Of a DNA stretch of 64,000 bases, positions 30,906 to 41,900 are shown piece after piece. Under the pieces are notes generated by a model, which did no database searches, was not told the origin of the DNA, and saw nothing but the letters and a program-made list of their open reading frames with translations. Within the stretch, counting starts at the first letter, position 1. Every line of letters starts with the position of its first letter. The stretch comes from Bradymonadia bacterium (GTDB lineage Bacteria; Myxococcota_A; Bradymonadia; UBA7976; UBA1532): the NCBI GenBank assembly GCA_049318805.1, contig JBMOFP010000005.1, positions 960-64,959 of the forward strand, given 5' to 3'. The position numbers and the translations under genes were made by a program.

Positions 30906-33900
30906 AGTGGTTGAACCTCGGTCTCCGGGGTGCGGTTCTTTGCGCGGCCTTCGGTGCGGCCTTCGGTGTGGCACACGCCCAGCCGCAGAAGAAGCAGGTC
31001 GAGATCAAGGCCCAGGCGCCGGCGGACATCGGCGCGCCCGAGTCCAAGTCCGGTGTGTCGGCCAAGGACAAAGGGCCGAAGTACAACCGCGAGCAGGACC
31101 TGCGCGGGGGCAAGTCGGCGGACACGGTCTCCGAAGAGAAGTTCCAGGAGCAGCTCCGCCTGCTCCGGAAGCTGATCGACGCGACCGGCGACAAGGATCC
31201 GACCAAGGCCGATCTGTACGACCGGCTCTCGGAGCTCTACTGGCAGCGCTCCTTCGATCTGAGCATCAAGGCCTTCGACCGCGAGGAGGAGTGCCGCAAG
31301 AAGTTCGGTGGCAAGCCGAACCCGGCGCAGACCGCGACGTGTGAGGGTGAGCGCAAGAGGCTCCAGGCCTCGTCCGAGAAGTACCGTGAAGACGCCATCG
31401 GCGTTTACAAGGAGATCGTCCGGAACTTCCCGAACTACCCGCGCCTCGACAGCGTGCTCTTCGCGCTCGCCTACAACTATCAGCAGAAGGGCGAGCTCGA
31501 GGGGGCCAAGCGCATCTACGTCGAGCTCGTGAAGCGCTACCCGCGCTCGATTCACGTCGCCGACACGCTGACGAACATCGGCGAGATCTACTTCGACGCG
31601 GGGGACGTCGACCAGGCGCAGAAGGCCTACCAGAAGGTCGTCACGAACTACAAAGAGGCCGAGACCTACGGCTACGCGCTCTACAAGCTGGGGTGGTGCT
31701 TCTACAACCAGGGCGACTTCAAGCAGGCGCTGGCTCAGTTCCTGATGGTGCTCAAGCACGCCAATGAGGCGACCGGCAAGAACCGGCGTCTGGCGGGCCT
31801 CAAGAAAGAGGCCATGCGCGACATGGTCCGCACCTACGTCAACATCGAAGAGGCCAACCCCAACCAGGCCATCGGCTTCTTCCGCAAGCACGCGCCGGAC
31901 GACTACCTGCAGCTCTCCGAGAACCTCGCCGAGCTCTATTCGCTGACCGGTCAGTTCGACAAGAGCAACCGGCTCTACCGCGACCTGATCGCCCAGCAGC
32001 CGAACAGCTACAAGACCGTCGGCTTCCAGCGGATGATCGCCTTCAACACGCGGGCCATGAGCCGCGACCCGACCGAGATCGTGAAAGAGGTCAAGCGCCT
32101 CGTGGATCTCTGGCGGAAGGTGAAGGACGCGAAGGACGCCGACCCCAAGCGTGTCGCGGCCGACAAGGAGGGCTTCGAGGAGCTGCTCCGTAGCCTCTCG
32201 GTCACGATGCACATCCAGTGGACCAAGACCAAGAACCCGGACGACTACGCCATCGCCTTCGAGATGTACAAGGACTACGTCGAGACGTTCCCCGACGGTC
32301 CGAATACCTACATGCTCCAGTTCTACCAGGCCGAGTTGCTCTATGCCGGCCAGAAGTGGGAGGCCGCGGCCCGCGCCTACGAACGCACCCTCGAGCTCAA
32401 GGCTCAGGGGGAGCACACCGAGGACGCCGCTCAGGGCGCGGTGCTCTCGTACAAGAAGCTCATCGACATCAAGCAGGACCGCGGCAAGGGTGGCATCGAC
32501 GACGTCGAGTCCAACACGACGACGGAAGGGGTGCCGGCGGCCAAGCCGCTTCCGGAGACCCACGTCCGGTTCATCAAGGCCTGCGACCTCTACGTGAAGT
32601 TCGTGAAGAGCAGCGAGTACCTCGTCGACATCGAGTACGACGCGGCGCGCATCTACTACGACTTCAACCAGTTCGACGAGGCCGTGCCTCGGTTCAAGGA
32701 CATCTCCGAGAAGCACCCCGAGCATCGGCTCGCGGTCTTCGCCGCGAACCTGCTGCTCGACACGTACAACCTCAAGGGCCAGATGGACGAGCTCGACAAG
32801 CAGGTCGACTCGTTCCTCAAGATCTACACGCCGCAGCGTGATCCCGAGTTCTACGCCCTATTGATGAAGCTCAAGCAGCAGAGCGCCTTCAAGAAGTGCC
32901 AGGGCATCGAGCGCAACAAGGAGTGGGTCCGCGCCGCAGCCTGCTTCAAGGGCTACGCGGCCGCCTATCCGCAGTCCGAGTACCTCGACAAGGCGTTTTT
33001 CAACGCCGCGCTCAACTATGAGCGCGAGAAAATGCTCGAGCAGTCCATCGAGATGAAGCTGAAGATCGTCAACGAGGTGCCGCAGAGCGAGCTCGTGCCC
33101 AAGGCCCTGTATCAGACCGCCGGCAACCTCCACGCGCTCGCCATCTACAGCCAGGCCGCGAAGATCTACGAGGCGTACGCCGAGAAGTTCCCGAAAGAGG
33201 AGAACGCGCGAGACGCGCTCCGCAACGCCGCCGTGTTCCGACAGGGTCTCGGCGAGTACGACCAGGCCCTCGTCGACTCGGCCGCCTACATGAAGCTGAT
33301 TGGCTCCAAGCCCGACGAGGCCGCCGAGGTCTTCTTCACCATGGGGCTCATCTACGAGAAGCAGGAGAAGTGGGACGAGGTCATTCGCCACTTCAACGAG
33401 TACCAGCGCAAGCACGGCGCGGCCGGGCGGATCGACCTGCGTCTCGAGGCGCCCGTGCGCATCGGCAACGCCTACGAAAAGAAGAAGGACGACGCCAACG
33501 CCCAGAAGGCCTACGCCAGCAGCTACGCCGCCTACGGTAAGCTCTCGGACGGCGAGAAGGCCGCCCTGACGACGGGCCTGAACTCGGTCGCGGAGGCGCG
33601 CTTCAAGATGGGCGAGGCCATTCGTCGCGAGTTCGACGAGGTCAAGCTGAAGATCTTCGCGTACAAGAACGTGAAGAAGTTCATCGACGAGATGACGGCC
33701 GTCATCGTCAAGAAGTCGGAGCTGATCGCCAAGGCGCGCACCGTCTACCTCGAGGTCATCGAACTCAAGTCGCCGAACTGGGCGCTGGCCGCCTTGACCC
33801 GCATCGGCCAGATGTTCCAACAGCTCGCCAACGACATCTACGACTCTCCGGCCCCCGGCTCCTTCAACGAAGAGCAGGTCGAGGTCTTCAAGGGCGCCAT

Positions 33901-34141
33901 GGCCGAGCGTGCTCAGCCCGTGGAAGCGAAGGCCATCGAGGCCTACGTGACCTGCGTGAAGAAGGCGCAGGAGCTCCGCTGGTTCAACGAGTGGTCGGAC
34001 CTGTCGGCCCGTGAGCTCGCCCGCCTGAATCCCAAGGAGTACCGGTACGACGGTGAAGTCCGGTCCAAGCCCGATCATTTCGGTACGACCGTCTTCCGTC
34101 AGCCGTTCATCGCGACCCTGCCGACGCAGGAGGAGCAGTAA
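30902..34141 (+). CDS. Large periplasmic TPR protein (1079 aa), GltD/AgmU-like
   Basis: The signal peptide is MKWLNLGLRGAVLCAAFGAAFGVAHA and the protein has more than 15 TPR-like repeats. Its position and size match the first gene of the Myxococcus G1 gliding cluster. The assignment rests on architecture and gene order, not on measured sequence identity. Confidence 0.8.
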   Translation: MKWLNLGLRGAVLCAAFGAAFGVAHAQPQKKQVEIKAQAPADIGAPESKSGVSAKDKGPKYNREQDLRGGKSADTVSEEKFQEQLRLLRKLIDATGDKDPTKADLYDRLSELYWQRSFDLSIKAFDREEECRKKFGGKPNPAQTATCEGERKRLQASSEKYREDAIGVYKEIVRNFPNYPRLDSVLFALAYNYQQKGELEGAKRIYVELVKRYPRSIHVADTLTNIGEIYFDAGDVDQAQKAYQKVVTNYKEAETYGYALYKLGWCFYNQGDFKQALAQFLMVLKHANEATGKNRRLAGLKKEAMRDMVRTYVNIEEANPNQAIGFFRKHAPDDYLQLSENLAELYSLTGQFDKSNRLYRDLIAQQPNSYKTVGFQRMIAFNTRAMSRDPTEIVKEVKRLVDLWRKVKDAKDADPKRVAADKEGFEELLRSLSVTMHIQWTKTKNPDDYAIAFEMYKDYVETFPDGPNTYMLQFYQAELLYAGQKWEAAARAYERTLELKAQGEHTEDAAQGAVLSYKKLIDIKQDRGKGGIDDVESNTTTEGVPAAKPLPETHVRFIKACDLYVKFVKSSEYLVDIEYDAARIYYDFNQFDEAVPRFKDISEKHPEHRLAVFAANLLLDTYNLKGQMDELDKQVDSFLKIYTPQRDPEFYALLMKLKQQSAFKKCQGIERNKEWVRAAACFKGYAAAYPQSEYLDKAFFNAALNYEREKMLEQSIEMKLKIVNEVPQSELVPKALYQTAGNLHALAIYSQAAKIYEAYAEKFPKEENARDALRNAAVFRQGLGEYDQALVDSAAYMKLIGSKPDEAAEVFFTMGLIYEKQEKWDEVIRHFNEYQRKHGAAGRIDLRLEAPVRIGNAYEKKKDDANAQKAYASSYAAYGKLSDGEKAALTTGLNSVAEARFKMGEAIRREFDEVKLKIFAYKNVKKFIDEMTAVIVKKSELIAKARTVYLEVIELKSPNWALAALTRIGQMFQQLANDIYDSPAPGSFNEEQVEVFKGAMAERAQPVEAKAIEAYVTCVKKAQELRWFNEWSDLSARELARLNPKEYRYDGEVRSKPDHFGTTVFRQPFIATLPTQEEQ

Positions 34142-35415
34142 TGTTGGTCGTGTCGATGGTTCGCCGAGCGGCTTTCCCGCTCGCAGCGATGCTGGTCGCG
34201 TGCGGTGGTTCGGCGCCCAAGCCCGAGTCCGCAGGGACCGAGGACACCGCGCCGGCTGCGGGCGAGGCGCCCCGCGCGGCCGCGCCGAAGGTCAAGCGTG
34301 CGGCCGCCGAGGCCTTCGCCGAGGCGTCGAAAGAGTACGCCAAGGGCAAGACCCGCGACTGGGCTCGGATCGAGTCTGCCCTGAAGGACGCCGTCGACGA
34401 GGATTCGAAGTTCGCCGAGGCCTACTTCAATCTCGGCGTCGCTGCGGAGATGCAGGGCAAGAAGGACGAGGCGCGCGACTGGTACCAGAAGGCGCGCGAG
34501 AAGAACGCGGCCTTCGGTGACGGCCTCGTGAACCTCGCCGCGCTTTTGCAAGAGGACGGTCGCAAGGGCGAGGCCGAGGGCAACTACCAGCAAGCCATTC
34601 AGGCCGAGCCGCTCAACGGTTTCGCGCACCTCAACCTCGCGATGTCCGCCAAGGGGCGCAAGGACTACTCGGACGCGGTCAAGCGCGTTCGGACCGCGCT
34701 CAAAGAGGACAGCCAGAACATCCAAGCCTACGTGATCCTGGCCTGGACCTACTACGACATGGGCAAGTACGAGCTCGCGAAGCTCGTGTGCTCCCAGGCA
34801 CTGAACGTCAACGGCGACGAGCCCGCCGTGCACAACATTCAGGGCCTCGTGTACCTGAAGATGCAGGACGTGACCCGTGCGCTTGCGGCCTTCCAGAAGG
34901 CCGTCGAGCTCGACCCGAACTACGTGCCGTCGCTCTTCAACATCGGCGCCATCACGTTCAGCTACAAGGACTACGAGGCGAGCTACCGGGCCTTCGACCA
35001 GGTGGTGAAGCTCGAGCCGAAGAACGACGAAGCGCTGCTCTCCAAGGCGGTCGCGGCGCGCGGCATGGGCAACTTCGAAGAGGCGGAGCGGGGCTACAAG
35101 GCCGTGCTCGAGCTCAACGAGCGCAGCTCCGCGGCCCACTTCAACCTGGGTGTGCTTTACCAGGAGTTCATGCAGAAGCTCGACCTGGCGCAGAAGTCCT
35201 ACGAGAACGTGCTGCGGGTCGAGCAGGCGGACCAGGCGCTGCGCAAGGACGCGACGGAGCGCATCAAGCAGCTCCAGATTCAGATCCAGAACCAGAAAGA
35301 GGCCGAGGCGATGATGCGCCAGCAGGCCGAAGAGGACAAGAAGCGGGCTGCCGAGGCACCGCCTGCGCCGCCCCCGGCCCCCGAGAGTGCTCCGGCTTCG
35401 GCGCCGACCCCCTGA
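34141..35415 (+). CDS. TPR lipoprotein (424 aa), GltE/AglT-like
   Basis: The start overlaps the preceding stop (TAATG) and is preceded by an AGGAGGAG ribosome-binding site. The lipobox is LVACGG. TPR repeats run through the protein, and the C-terminus is Pro/Ala-rich. Confidence 0.8.
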   Translation: MLVVSMVRRAAFPLAAMLVACGGSAPKPESAGTEDTAPAAGEAPRAAAPKVKRAAAEAFAEASKEYAKGKTRDWARIESALKDAVDEDSKFAEAYFNLGVAAEMQGKKDEARDWYQKAREKNAAFGDGLVNLAALLQEDGRKGEAEGNYQQAIQAEPLNGFAHLNLAMSAKGRKDYSDAVKRVRTALKEDSQNIQAYVILAWTYYDMGKYELAKLVCSQALNVNGDEPAVHNIQGLVYLKMQDVTRALAAFQKAVELDPNYVPSLFNIGAITFSYKDYEASYRAFDQVVKLEPKNDEALLSKAVAARGMGNFEEAERGYKAVLELNERSSAAHFNLGVLYQEFMQKLDLAQKSYENVLRVEQADQALRKDATERIKQLQIQIQNQKEAEAMMRQQAEEDKKRAAEAPPAPPPAPESAPASAPTP

Positions 35416-35551
35416 GTACGTTGCGTCGGACGGCGGAATTTCGGAACCGCGTCGCGGCCCCGGTGTCCAAAAGAATGGTCGGTTCAGGAGTCGCCGCCTA
35501 TGATGCGGACGACTCGGGGTCGCCCGGAACCAGCGCGTAGGGAGACATCAA

Positions 35552-35830
35552 ATGGCACGGATTCTGTGGTCTGCGACGGTCGTGGCAGTGACGTTGCTCG
35601 GGGCGAGCGCAGCGCTCGCTCAGGAAGACGTCGTGACGGACGCGGAGAACCCGGGTGTCGTCTACAAGAAAGAGACCACGTACGACTTCGAGGACGACGT
35701 CGTCGAGGGCTCGTTCATTCGACCCGAGGGCGAGTATCTCGACTCGCGTCGTGCCGCCCGGCACAGCAGCTTGATCAAGATCCGGGAGTCCTTCGTGCCC
35801 GAGATGCTCAAGTCCGCCGAAGACCTCTGA
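35552..35830 (+). CDS. Small secreted protein (92 aa), GltF-like by position
   Basis: The signal peptide is MARILWSATVVAVTLLGASAALA. A GGGAGA ribosome-binding site is present. Confidence 0.6.
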   Translation: MARILWSATVVAVTLLGASAALAQEDVVTDAENPGVVYKKETTYDFEDDVVEGSFIRPEGEYLDSRRAARHSSLIKIRESFVPEMLKSAEDL

Positions 35831-35858
35831 AGCCGCCGTCAGTCCGAGAGAGACGTAC

Positions 35859-37670
35859 ATGAGCGACAAGCCCACAATTCAGTTCGAGATCTACGACGGC
35901 GACCGGCTGCTGCGCACCGAGGTGCTGGCGGAGTCGACGATCAAGATCGGCAAGTTGTCGTCCTCCCATCTGCGGATCGACGACGACGACGTCTCGCGGA
36001 TGCACGCGGTGATCGAGGCCGGGAGCGCGGACGACGTGGTCGTGCTCGACCTCGGCAGCACTTCGGGGACCTTCGTCAACGGCCAGCGGGTGACGAAGCA
36101 GCGCTTGCGCTCCGGCGACGAGCTTCAGCTCGGCCGGCACCGCGTGGTCGTCACGGTCTCGGGTCAGTCGAGCGCGGCTGCGCGTCCGAGCGCGGACGCG
36201 ATGGCGACGACTCAGGTGCGGCCCGACGAAATGGGTGCGCCTCGACGGGCCGTCGTGCTCGAAGAGGACGAGAGTGACTCCGACGGGACACGGGCCCTCG
36301 AGGTCGTGGCCATGCTCGGCGATTCGGTCATCGAGGTGGCGCATCTTCGCGGTGGCCAGTTCACGATCGGCCAGTCCGATGGGGTCTCGCACTTCGTGGC
36401 GGCAGAGTCCGTGCCCGAGGACCCCTTCGTGCTCGCGTCGACGGACGGCGCGGAGATGGTCGTCAACGTCCCCGACGGAGTGACGGGGGACGTGCTCTTC
36501 GACGGGCGCGTCTTCGGCCTCGACGAGCTGCGGAAAGAGGGCAAGCTCAGCAAGAGCACGGTGGCGCGCAGCAGCGCCCTGCGGCTGCCTCCGAAGGCGC
36601 GCGCACGGCTCAACTTCGGCGACGCCTCGTTCCTCGTCAGCTCGGTGGCCGCGGCCCGTCCGCTGCCGCCGATCGGCTTCTCCAGCCTCTTCGACGGCCA
36701 CTTTGGCCGGTACTTCCTGGGTGCGCTCGCGTTGCACCTGCTGCTCATCGGGATCGTGCTCAGCGTGCCCGAGGATGCGAGTCGTTTGAGCTTGGATGGC
36801 TTCGACCTGCAGGAGAAGTGGGTCGAGTTCCAGCTCAAGCCCGAGTCCGAGAAAGAGGAGAAGCTCGAGGACCTCTTCAAGGACATGAAGGATGAAGGCG
36901 AGGCCGCTGCCAAAGCCCGCGAGGACGAGGGCAAGATGGGCAAGAAGGACTCGGACGAGAAGGACAAGCGGTGGAACCTGAAGGGGCCGCCGGACCAGAA
37001 GGAGATTCAGTTCGCGAAGGAGCGCGCCAAGATGGAGGCGCTCAACACCGCGAACGCGGCGTTCAACCAGCTCGAAGGCCAGATGGCCGCGGTTTGGGGT
37101 ACCCAGGACCGCGCGCTCGGCGCCGACGCCGTGTCGGCCCTCGGGAACATGTTCGGCAGCCAGGTCGGTGACGCCGGCGGCTTCGGCGGCTTCGGTACGG
37201 CCGGCGCGGGCCGAGGCGGCGGCGGCTTCAGTGAGACCTCCATCGGCGTCGGCAACGTCGGCACCATGGGCCGAGGGGGTGGCGAGGGTGGATCCGGCTA
37301 CGGGCGGGGCGTGTCCCGCCTCGGCGAGCGTACGGGCAAGGTGCCGCAGGTCGTGCCCGGCAAGCCCATCGTGCAGGGCTCGCTCGACATGGAGACCATC
37401 CGGCGCATCATTCGGCAGCACCAGAACGAGTACAAGTACTGCTACGAGAAGCAGCTGAACATCAAGCGGGACCTCGCCGGCAAGATCACCGTGAAGTTCA
37501 CGATCTCCGGCAACGGGAGCGTGATCGCGGCGACCATCGAAGAGTCGACGATGGGTGACCGGGACGTCGAGGGCTGCCTGACCGACCGCATTCGGCGCTG
37601 GATTTTCCCGGAGCCCAAGGGCGGCGGCATCGTCATCGTCAAGTACCCGTTCGTCTTCAAGGCGAGCTGA
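35859..37670 (+). CDS. FHA domain - TM - Gly-rich linker - TonB-C-like domain protein (603 aa), GltG/PglI-like
   Basis: The N-terminal FHA domain reads IGKLSSSHLRIDDDDVSRMHAVIE…STSGTFVNGQRV. The transmembrane segment is YFLGALALHLLLIGIVLSV. A GGFGGFG…GRGGGEGGSGYGRG low-complexity region follows. The C-terminal 90 aa (…IRRIIRQHQNEYKYCYEKQL…KITVKFTISGNGSV…) have a TonB_C-like fold signature. Confidence 0.85.
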   Translation: MSDKPTIQFEIYDGDRLLRTEVLAESTIKIGKLSSSHLRIDDDDVSRMHAVIEAGSADDVVVLDLGSTSGTFVNGQRVTKQRLRSGDELQLGRHRVVVTVSGQSSAAARPSADAMATTQVRPDEMGAPRRAVVLEEDESDSDGTRALEVVAMLGDSVIEVAHLRGGQFTIGQSDGVSHFVAAESVPEDPFVLASTDGAEMVVNVPDGVTGDVLFDGRVFGLDELRKEGKLSKSTVARSSALRLPPKARARLNFGDASFLVSSVAAARPLPPIGFSSLFDGHFGRYFLGALALHLLLIGIVLSVPEDASRLSLDGFDLQEKWVEFQLKPESEKEEKLEDLFKDMKDEGEAAAKAREDEGKMGKKDSDEKDKRWNLKGPPDQKEIQFAKERAKMEALNTANAAFNQLEGQMAAVWGTQDRALGADAVSALGNMFGSQVGDAGGFGGFGTAGAGRGGGGFSETSIGVGNVGTMGRGGGEGGSGYGRGVSRLGERTGKVPQVVPGKPIVQGSLDMETIRRIIRQHQNEYKYCYEKQLNIKRDLAGKITVKFTISGNGSVIAATIEESTMGDRDVEGCLTDRIRRWIFPEPKGGGIVIVKYPFVFKAS

Positions 37671-37837
37671 GGTCGTCCCGGCGCGCGTGGCGGCGCTGCG
37701 GCCCGCCGACTGCACGTTGAACGGTGTTCCCGTCGGGGCTTGACGTCGCAAGGCGTGGGTGCGAGAACGCGCGGGGTCGCGGGCGGCATGCCCGCGTGCG
37801 TTCGCGGGCCGCACGCCCGCACAAGGCTGAGAACGCG

Positions 37838-38716
37838 ATGCGCAGCACTCTCCTGTCGATGTCGTTGCTGGTGGCGGTGGCCGCGGTGGGCTGCAACCGC
37901 GAGCGCAACCAGTCGATTCAGCTCATGAACAAGGGCATCGCCCAGTTCAATCTCAACGATACGACCGGGGCGGTCGTGGCGCTGAACCAGGCCACCTCGG
38001 TCGATCCGACGAACGACGCGGCGTTCTACTACCGCGGGCTCCTGAAGTACCAACGGACCTCGGACTATCCCGAGGCCGTCAAGGACTTCAAGAAGGCCAT
38101 CGAGGTCAACGGCGAGAACCATCTCTACCACTACCACCTGGGCAAGGTGTTGAGCCGTCAGGGCGAGTGGGCCAGCGCAATCAACGCGCTCGAGAAGGCG
38201 ATCGAGCGTAAGCCGGAGCATGCGGCCAGCCACTACCACCTGGGGGCGGCCCTGGAGCAGCAGGCGAAGTTCGATCGCGCCCAGGAAGAGTACGTGGCCG
38301 CCATCAAGGCGCAGCCGCGCTTCGCCGACCCGTATGTCGCGTTGGGCAACCTCTACGCGCGGTTCGAGAAGCTGCCGGAGGCCGTGCAGGTCTTCAAGAA
38401 CGGCATCGAGAACAACCCCGAGAAGGCGGAGCTGCGCCACGATCTGGGGGTCGTCTACCAGAACCAGCAGCGCTTCGACGACGCCATCGGCCAGTTTCAG
38501 GCCGCCGTCAAGCTGAAGCCGACGTACCTGAGCGCGCTGTTCAACCTCGGGATGGCGTACCAGCAGACCGACAACGCAGAGCAAGCGATCACCCACCTCA
38601 AGCTCTACCTCGGTCGTCGGCAGGCGGGCGAGGACGCCCTGCGTGTTCGAACCGCCGAAGATACGATCGCGAAGCTCGAGGCCGCGGCACTCGCGCCCCC
38701 CCCCTCGACGCCCTGA
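37838..38716 (+). CDS. TPR lipoprotein (292 aa)
   Basis: The lipobox is LLVAVAAVGC. The protein has 6-7 TPR repeats (AFYYRGLLKY…, HYHLGKVLSRQGEW…, HYHLGAALEQQ…, YVALGNLYAR…, RHDLGVVYQNQQRF…, LFNLGMAYQQ…). Confidence 0.8.
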   Translation: MRSTLLSMSLLVAVAAVGCNRERNQSIQLMNKGIAQFNLNDTTGAVVALNQATSVDPTNDAAFYYRGLLKYQRTSDYPEAVKDFKKAIEVNGENHLYHYHLGKVLSRQGEWASAINALEKAIERKPEHAASHYHLGAALEQQAKFDRAQEEYVAAIKAQPRFADPYVALGNLYARFEKLPEAVQVFKNGIENNPEKAELRHDLGVVYQNQQRFDDAIGQFQAAVKLKPTYLSALFNLGMAYQQTDNAEQAITHLKLYLGRRQAGEDALRVRTAEDTIAKLEAAALAPPPSTP

Positions 38717-38827
38717 AAAGAGCGTCGCCCGCGCCTGTCGTCGACGGACACGGGCGGCGGGCGCCGAGCGAAGTTCCGAGCGCGGACCCGGGCCGTCGCA
38801 TCACCTTTCACCACGCCGTTTGTTGCG

Positions 38828-38856
38828 TTGTGAGCCCCAATACTCGGTGCTATAAC
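38828..38856 (+). promoter_or_regulatory. Putative internal sigma-70-like promoter for the giant TPR gene (TTGTGA-17-TATAAC)
   Basis: The site lies 85 bp upstream of the ATG at 38942. A GC-rich hairpin at about 38723-38765 follows the preceding gene. Confidence 0.3.
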
Positions 38857-38941
38857 CCCGGCACTTCGGGCGGGCGCCCGACCGCAGTCCGCGTGTCCGA
38901 CTGCGCTTGTCTCCCCTGGATTCCCCGTAGAGGCGACGTTG

Positions 38942-41900
38942 ATGAACGAGCGTATCCGCGAGCTGTTCGATGCGGTGGTGCAGGATCCGTCCAATCACGT
39001 GGCGGTCGACGAGCTCGATGGCTTGTTGCGCGCCGAAGGCGAGTGGAGCTCGCTGGTGGACCTGCAGATCCATCTGGCGCAGAACAGCGCCGAGCCGGCG
39101 GACGCCGTTCGACGTCTCAAGATCGCGGGGCAGGTCACCGAGGCGAAGTTGTCGGACCCTCGGCGCGCGGTCGAGATCTACGGCGCTTCCGTCGAGGCGG
39201 ACACGGATGCGCGCGGGACTCTCGCGCACATGCGCACGCTGCTCGCTGGTCTCGAGGACTGGGCCGCGTGGGTCCAGGTCGGCGAGGCGGAGGTCGAGCG
39301 CATCGAGTCCCCGGCCGAGCGCGCTGACCTGATCTACGAAATCGGCGAGGTGCTCGAGGAGAAGATCGCCGACCAGGAACGCGCGATGGTCTGCTACCAG
39401 GCCGCGTTCCAGACCGACCAGGCGTGCTTGCGGGCGCTGTACGCCGCACGCCGAATCTATCGACAGACGGGCCACTGGGAGATGGTGGCGCAGCTCCTCG
39501 ACCTCGAGCTGCAGAGTGTGACGGACCCGGATCGGCAGGCAGAGATCTACCAGGAGCTGGGGAACCTGCTGCTGTACGATCTGCAGAACACCGAGATGGC
39601 GCGCCACTGCTTTGCGGCCTACTTGAAGCTGCGTCCGGACGACGCCGACATGCAGGCGGCGCTCGCGGAGCTCGGCGGCGCTCCGGGCGAGCCCCTCGGA
39701 GATCAGACGGAGTCGGCGCCGACCGGCCAGGTCGGTGAAGACACTGAGATGGTCGGTGAGGGGACTGAGGCGCTCGCGGGTGAAGCGACCGAGATGGGCG
39801 CACCGGCGATCGCCGAGCCCGACTTGGAGGCCGCGCCGGAGCCGGTCGCCGAGGCCGCGCCGGAGCCTGTTGTGGAGGCCGCGCCGGAGCCTGTTGTGGA
39901 GGCCGCGCCGGAGCCTGTTGAGGAGGCCGCGCCGGAGCCTGTTGTGGAGTCCGCGGTGGAGCCTGTTGCGGAGGCCGCACCGGAGCCGGTCGTCGAAGCC
40001 GCGCCGGAGCCGGTCGTCGAAGCCGCTCCGGAGCCGGTCGTCGAAGCCGCTCACGATCCGGTCGTGGAGGCCGCGCAGGCGCCTGTCGCGGAGGCCACGC
40101 CCTTCGTCGAAACGACGGCTCCGGTCGACCTCGCGCAGCTGCGCGCGCTCGCGGAGTCCGGGGATCGTGAGGCGCAGCTCGAGGCGCTGGAGGCCCTCGC
40201 GAAGGAGGCCCCCGCTTCCGAGGGCCTGGCGGAACTCTACCTCGGACTGGTCGCGAGTGCGCCCGGTGAGCTGGATGTGTACCTGCGCGTCGGCCGACAC
40301 CTGGGGCCTGCCTCGGCCTCGACCCTGAAGGCCATCGCCAGCGGTCTCGAGACCCTCGCGCGCGAGAACGCTGGAGGCCAGGGGGCCGCGTTGAGCGCCG
40401 AGCGGGTCCTCTTCGGCACATTGCACCTCGACGAGGGCAAGACCGCAGACTTCAAGCTGCGTGAGCTGGCGAAGACCGCGGGCGCCGACCCGCTCGCGCG
40501 CGAGTGGCAGATTCAGCGGCTCGTCGAGACGGGCAAGTGGCGGAACATCCAGCAGATGCTGACCGACGCCGCCGGCGGTGAGACGCCCGAGTCGCGTGGA
40601 GCGGCCTTGCGTCGGATGGCCGTGCTGGCCCTCGAGCGGGCTCGGGACACGGACAAGGCGACCGATTTCTGGCGCCAGGTGCACCTCGCCGACAAGCATG
40701 ACCGCGAAGCCCGTGCCGCGTTGCAGTCGCTCTATGCCGCGTCCGGCAAGTGGAACGCCTACGTCGACGTGCTCAAGCTCGACGTCGAGGAGATCCCCGA
40801 CAGCGACCGCGCCCGCAAGGTGGACGGGCTGAAGGCCCTCATTCGCGTCTACACGCAGCACCTGAACCTCGACGCGATGGTCGTCACGCTCTACGGGCAG
40901 GTGCTCGCGCTGGCGCCGGACGACGCCGAGGCGATCGCGGCCCTGGTCGAAAAGTACGAGGGCATGCGGCGGTGGCCCGACCTCGTCGCCCTGCTGCAGA
41001 AGCAGGTCGACGGCGCGGTCGAGCAGAGCCAGCGAGTCGACCTCAATCTGCGCATCGCGCACCTGTACCTCGACAAGTTCCGCAACCAGGCCGAGGCCAT
41101 CAAGGCCTACGAGGCCGTGCTGGCCGACGAGCCGGCGAACCGCACGGCGATCGAAGCCCTGCAGGACATGTACGAGAAGCGGCGCGAGTGGGAGAAGCTC
41201 GTCGCCGTTCAGCGGCAGCTGGCCGACGCCGAGCCCGACTCGGCCGCGCGCGCCGCCAAGTACAAGGAGATCGCGGACAACGCGACCAAGAAGATTCGTA
41301 AGCCCTCCATCTCCCTCGAGCTGTGGGAGCAGGTGCTCGAGATCGAGCCGGGGGACGTCGACGCGCTCCGCGCTTTGGTCGCGCTGTACGAGTCCGAGAA
41401 GCAGTGGGACCGGCTCGTCGAGGCTGTGGAAGCCCTCGTCGAGCGCGTCTCCGACACGGCCGAAAAGATCGACCTGCTCCAGCGCGCCGGCACGGTGCTC
41501 CAGGACCGGGTCGGTGACCGCGCGGGCAGCGTTCGTTTCTGGCAGGGGCTCCTCGCCCTCGACGCCGAGAATCGGCGCGCCCACGAGGCCCTCAAGAAGG
41601 CGCTGGTGGAGCTCGGGGACTGGGACGGCCTGACCGCGCTCTTCGGTGATCGCGGCAAGTGGGACGAACTCGTCCGTCTGCTCGACGGCCAGGTGGGTGT
41701 GCAGAAGGACGACGCGACGCGCATCGATCTGCTGTTCCGCACCGCCACGATCTTCGATACGCATCTCGGCCAGAAGGATCGGGCCGTTCGCGCGCTCGAG
41801 CGGATTCTCCAGCTCGAGCCACGGAACGTGGTCGGTGCCCGCGCTCTCGAGCCCATCTACGAGGAGGCGAAGGAGTTCCGGAAGCTCGCGAACGTGCTCG

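Noticed and set aside
37671-37837. GC-rich near-palindrome GCGGGCGGCATGCCCGCG and TTGACG upstream of the TPR lipoprotein gene, considered as an operator or promoter
   Set aside because: Only the central 8 bp (GGCATGCC) is truly palindromic. There is no convincing -10 element. Such GC palindromes occur by chance in this composition.
39827-40090. Possible CRISPR array, because of regularly spaced repeats
   Set aside because: The repeat is 24 nt with no spacers. It lies in frame inside a coding sequence and encodes the EAAPEPVV peptide repeat. I saw no cas genes in the window.
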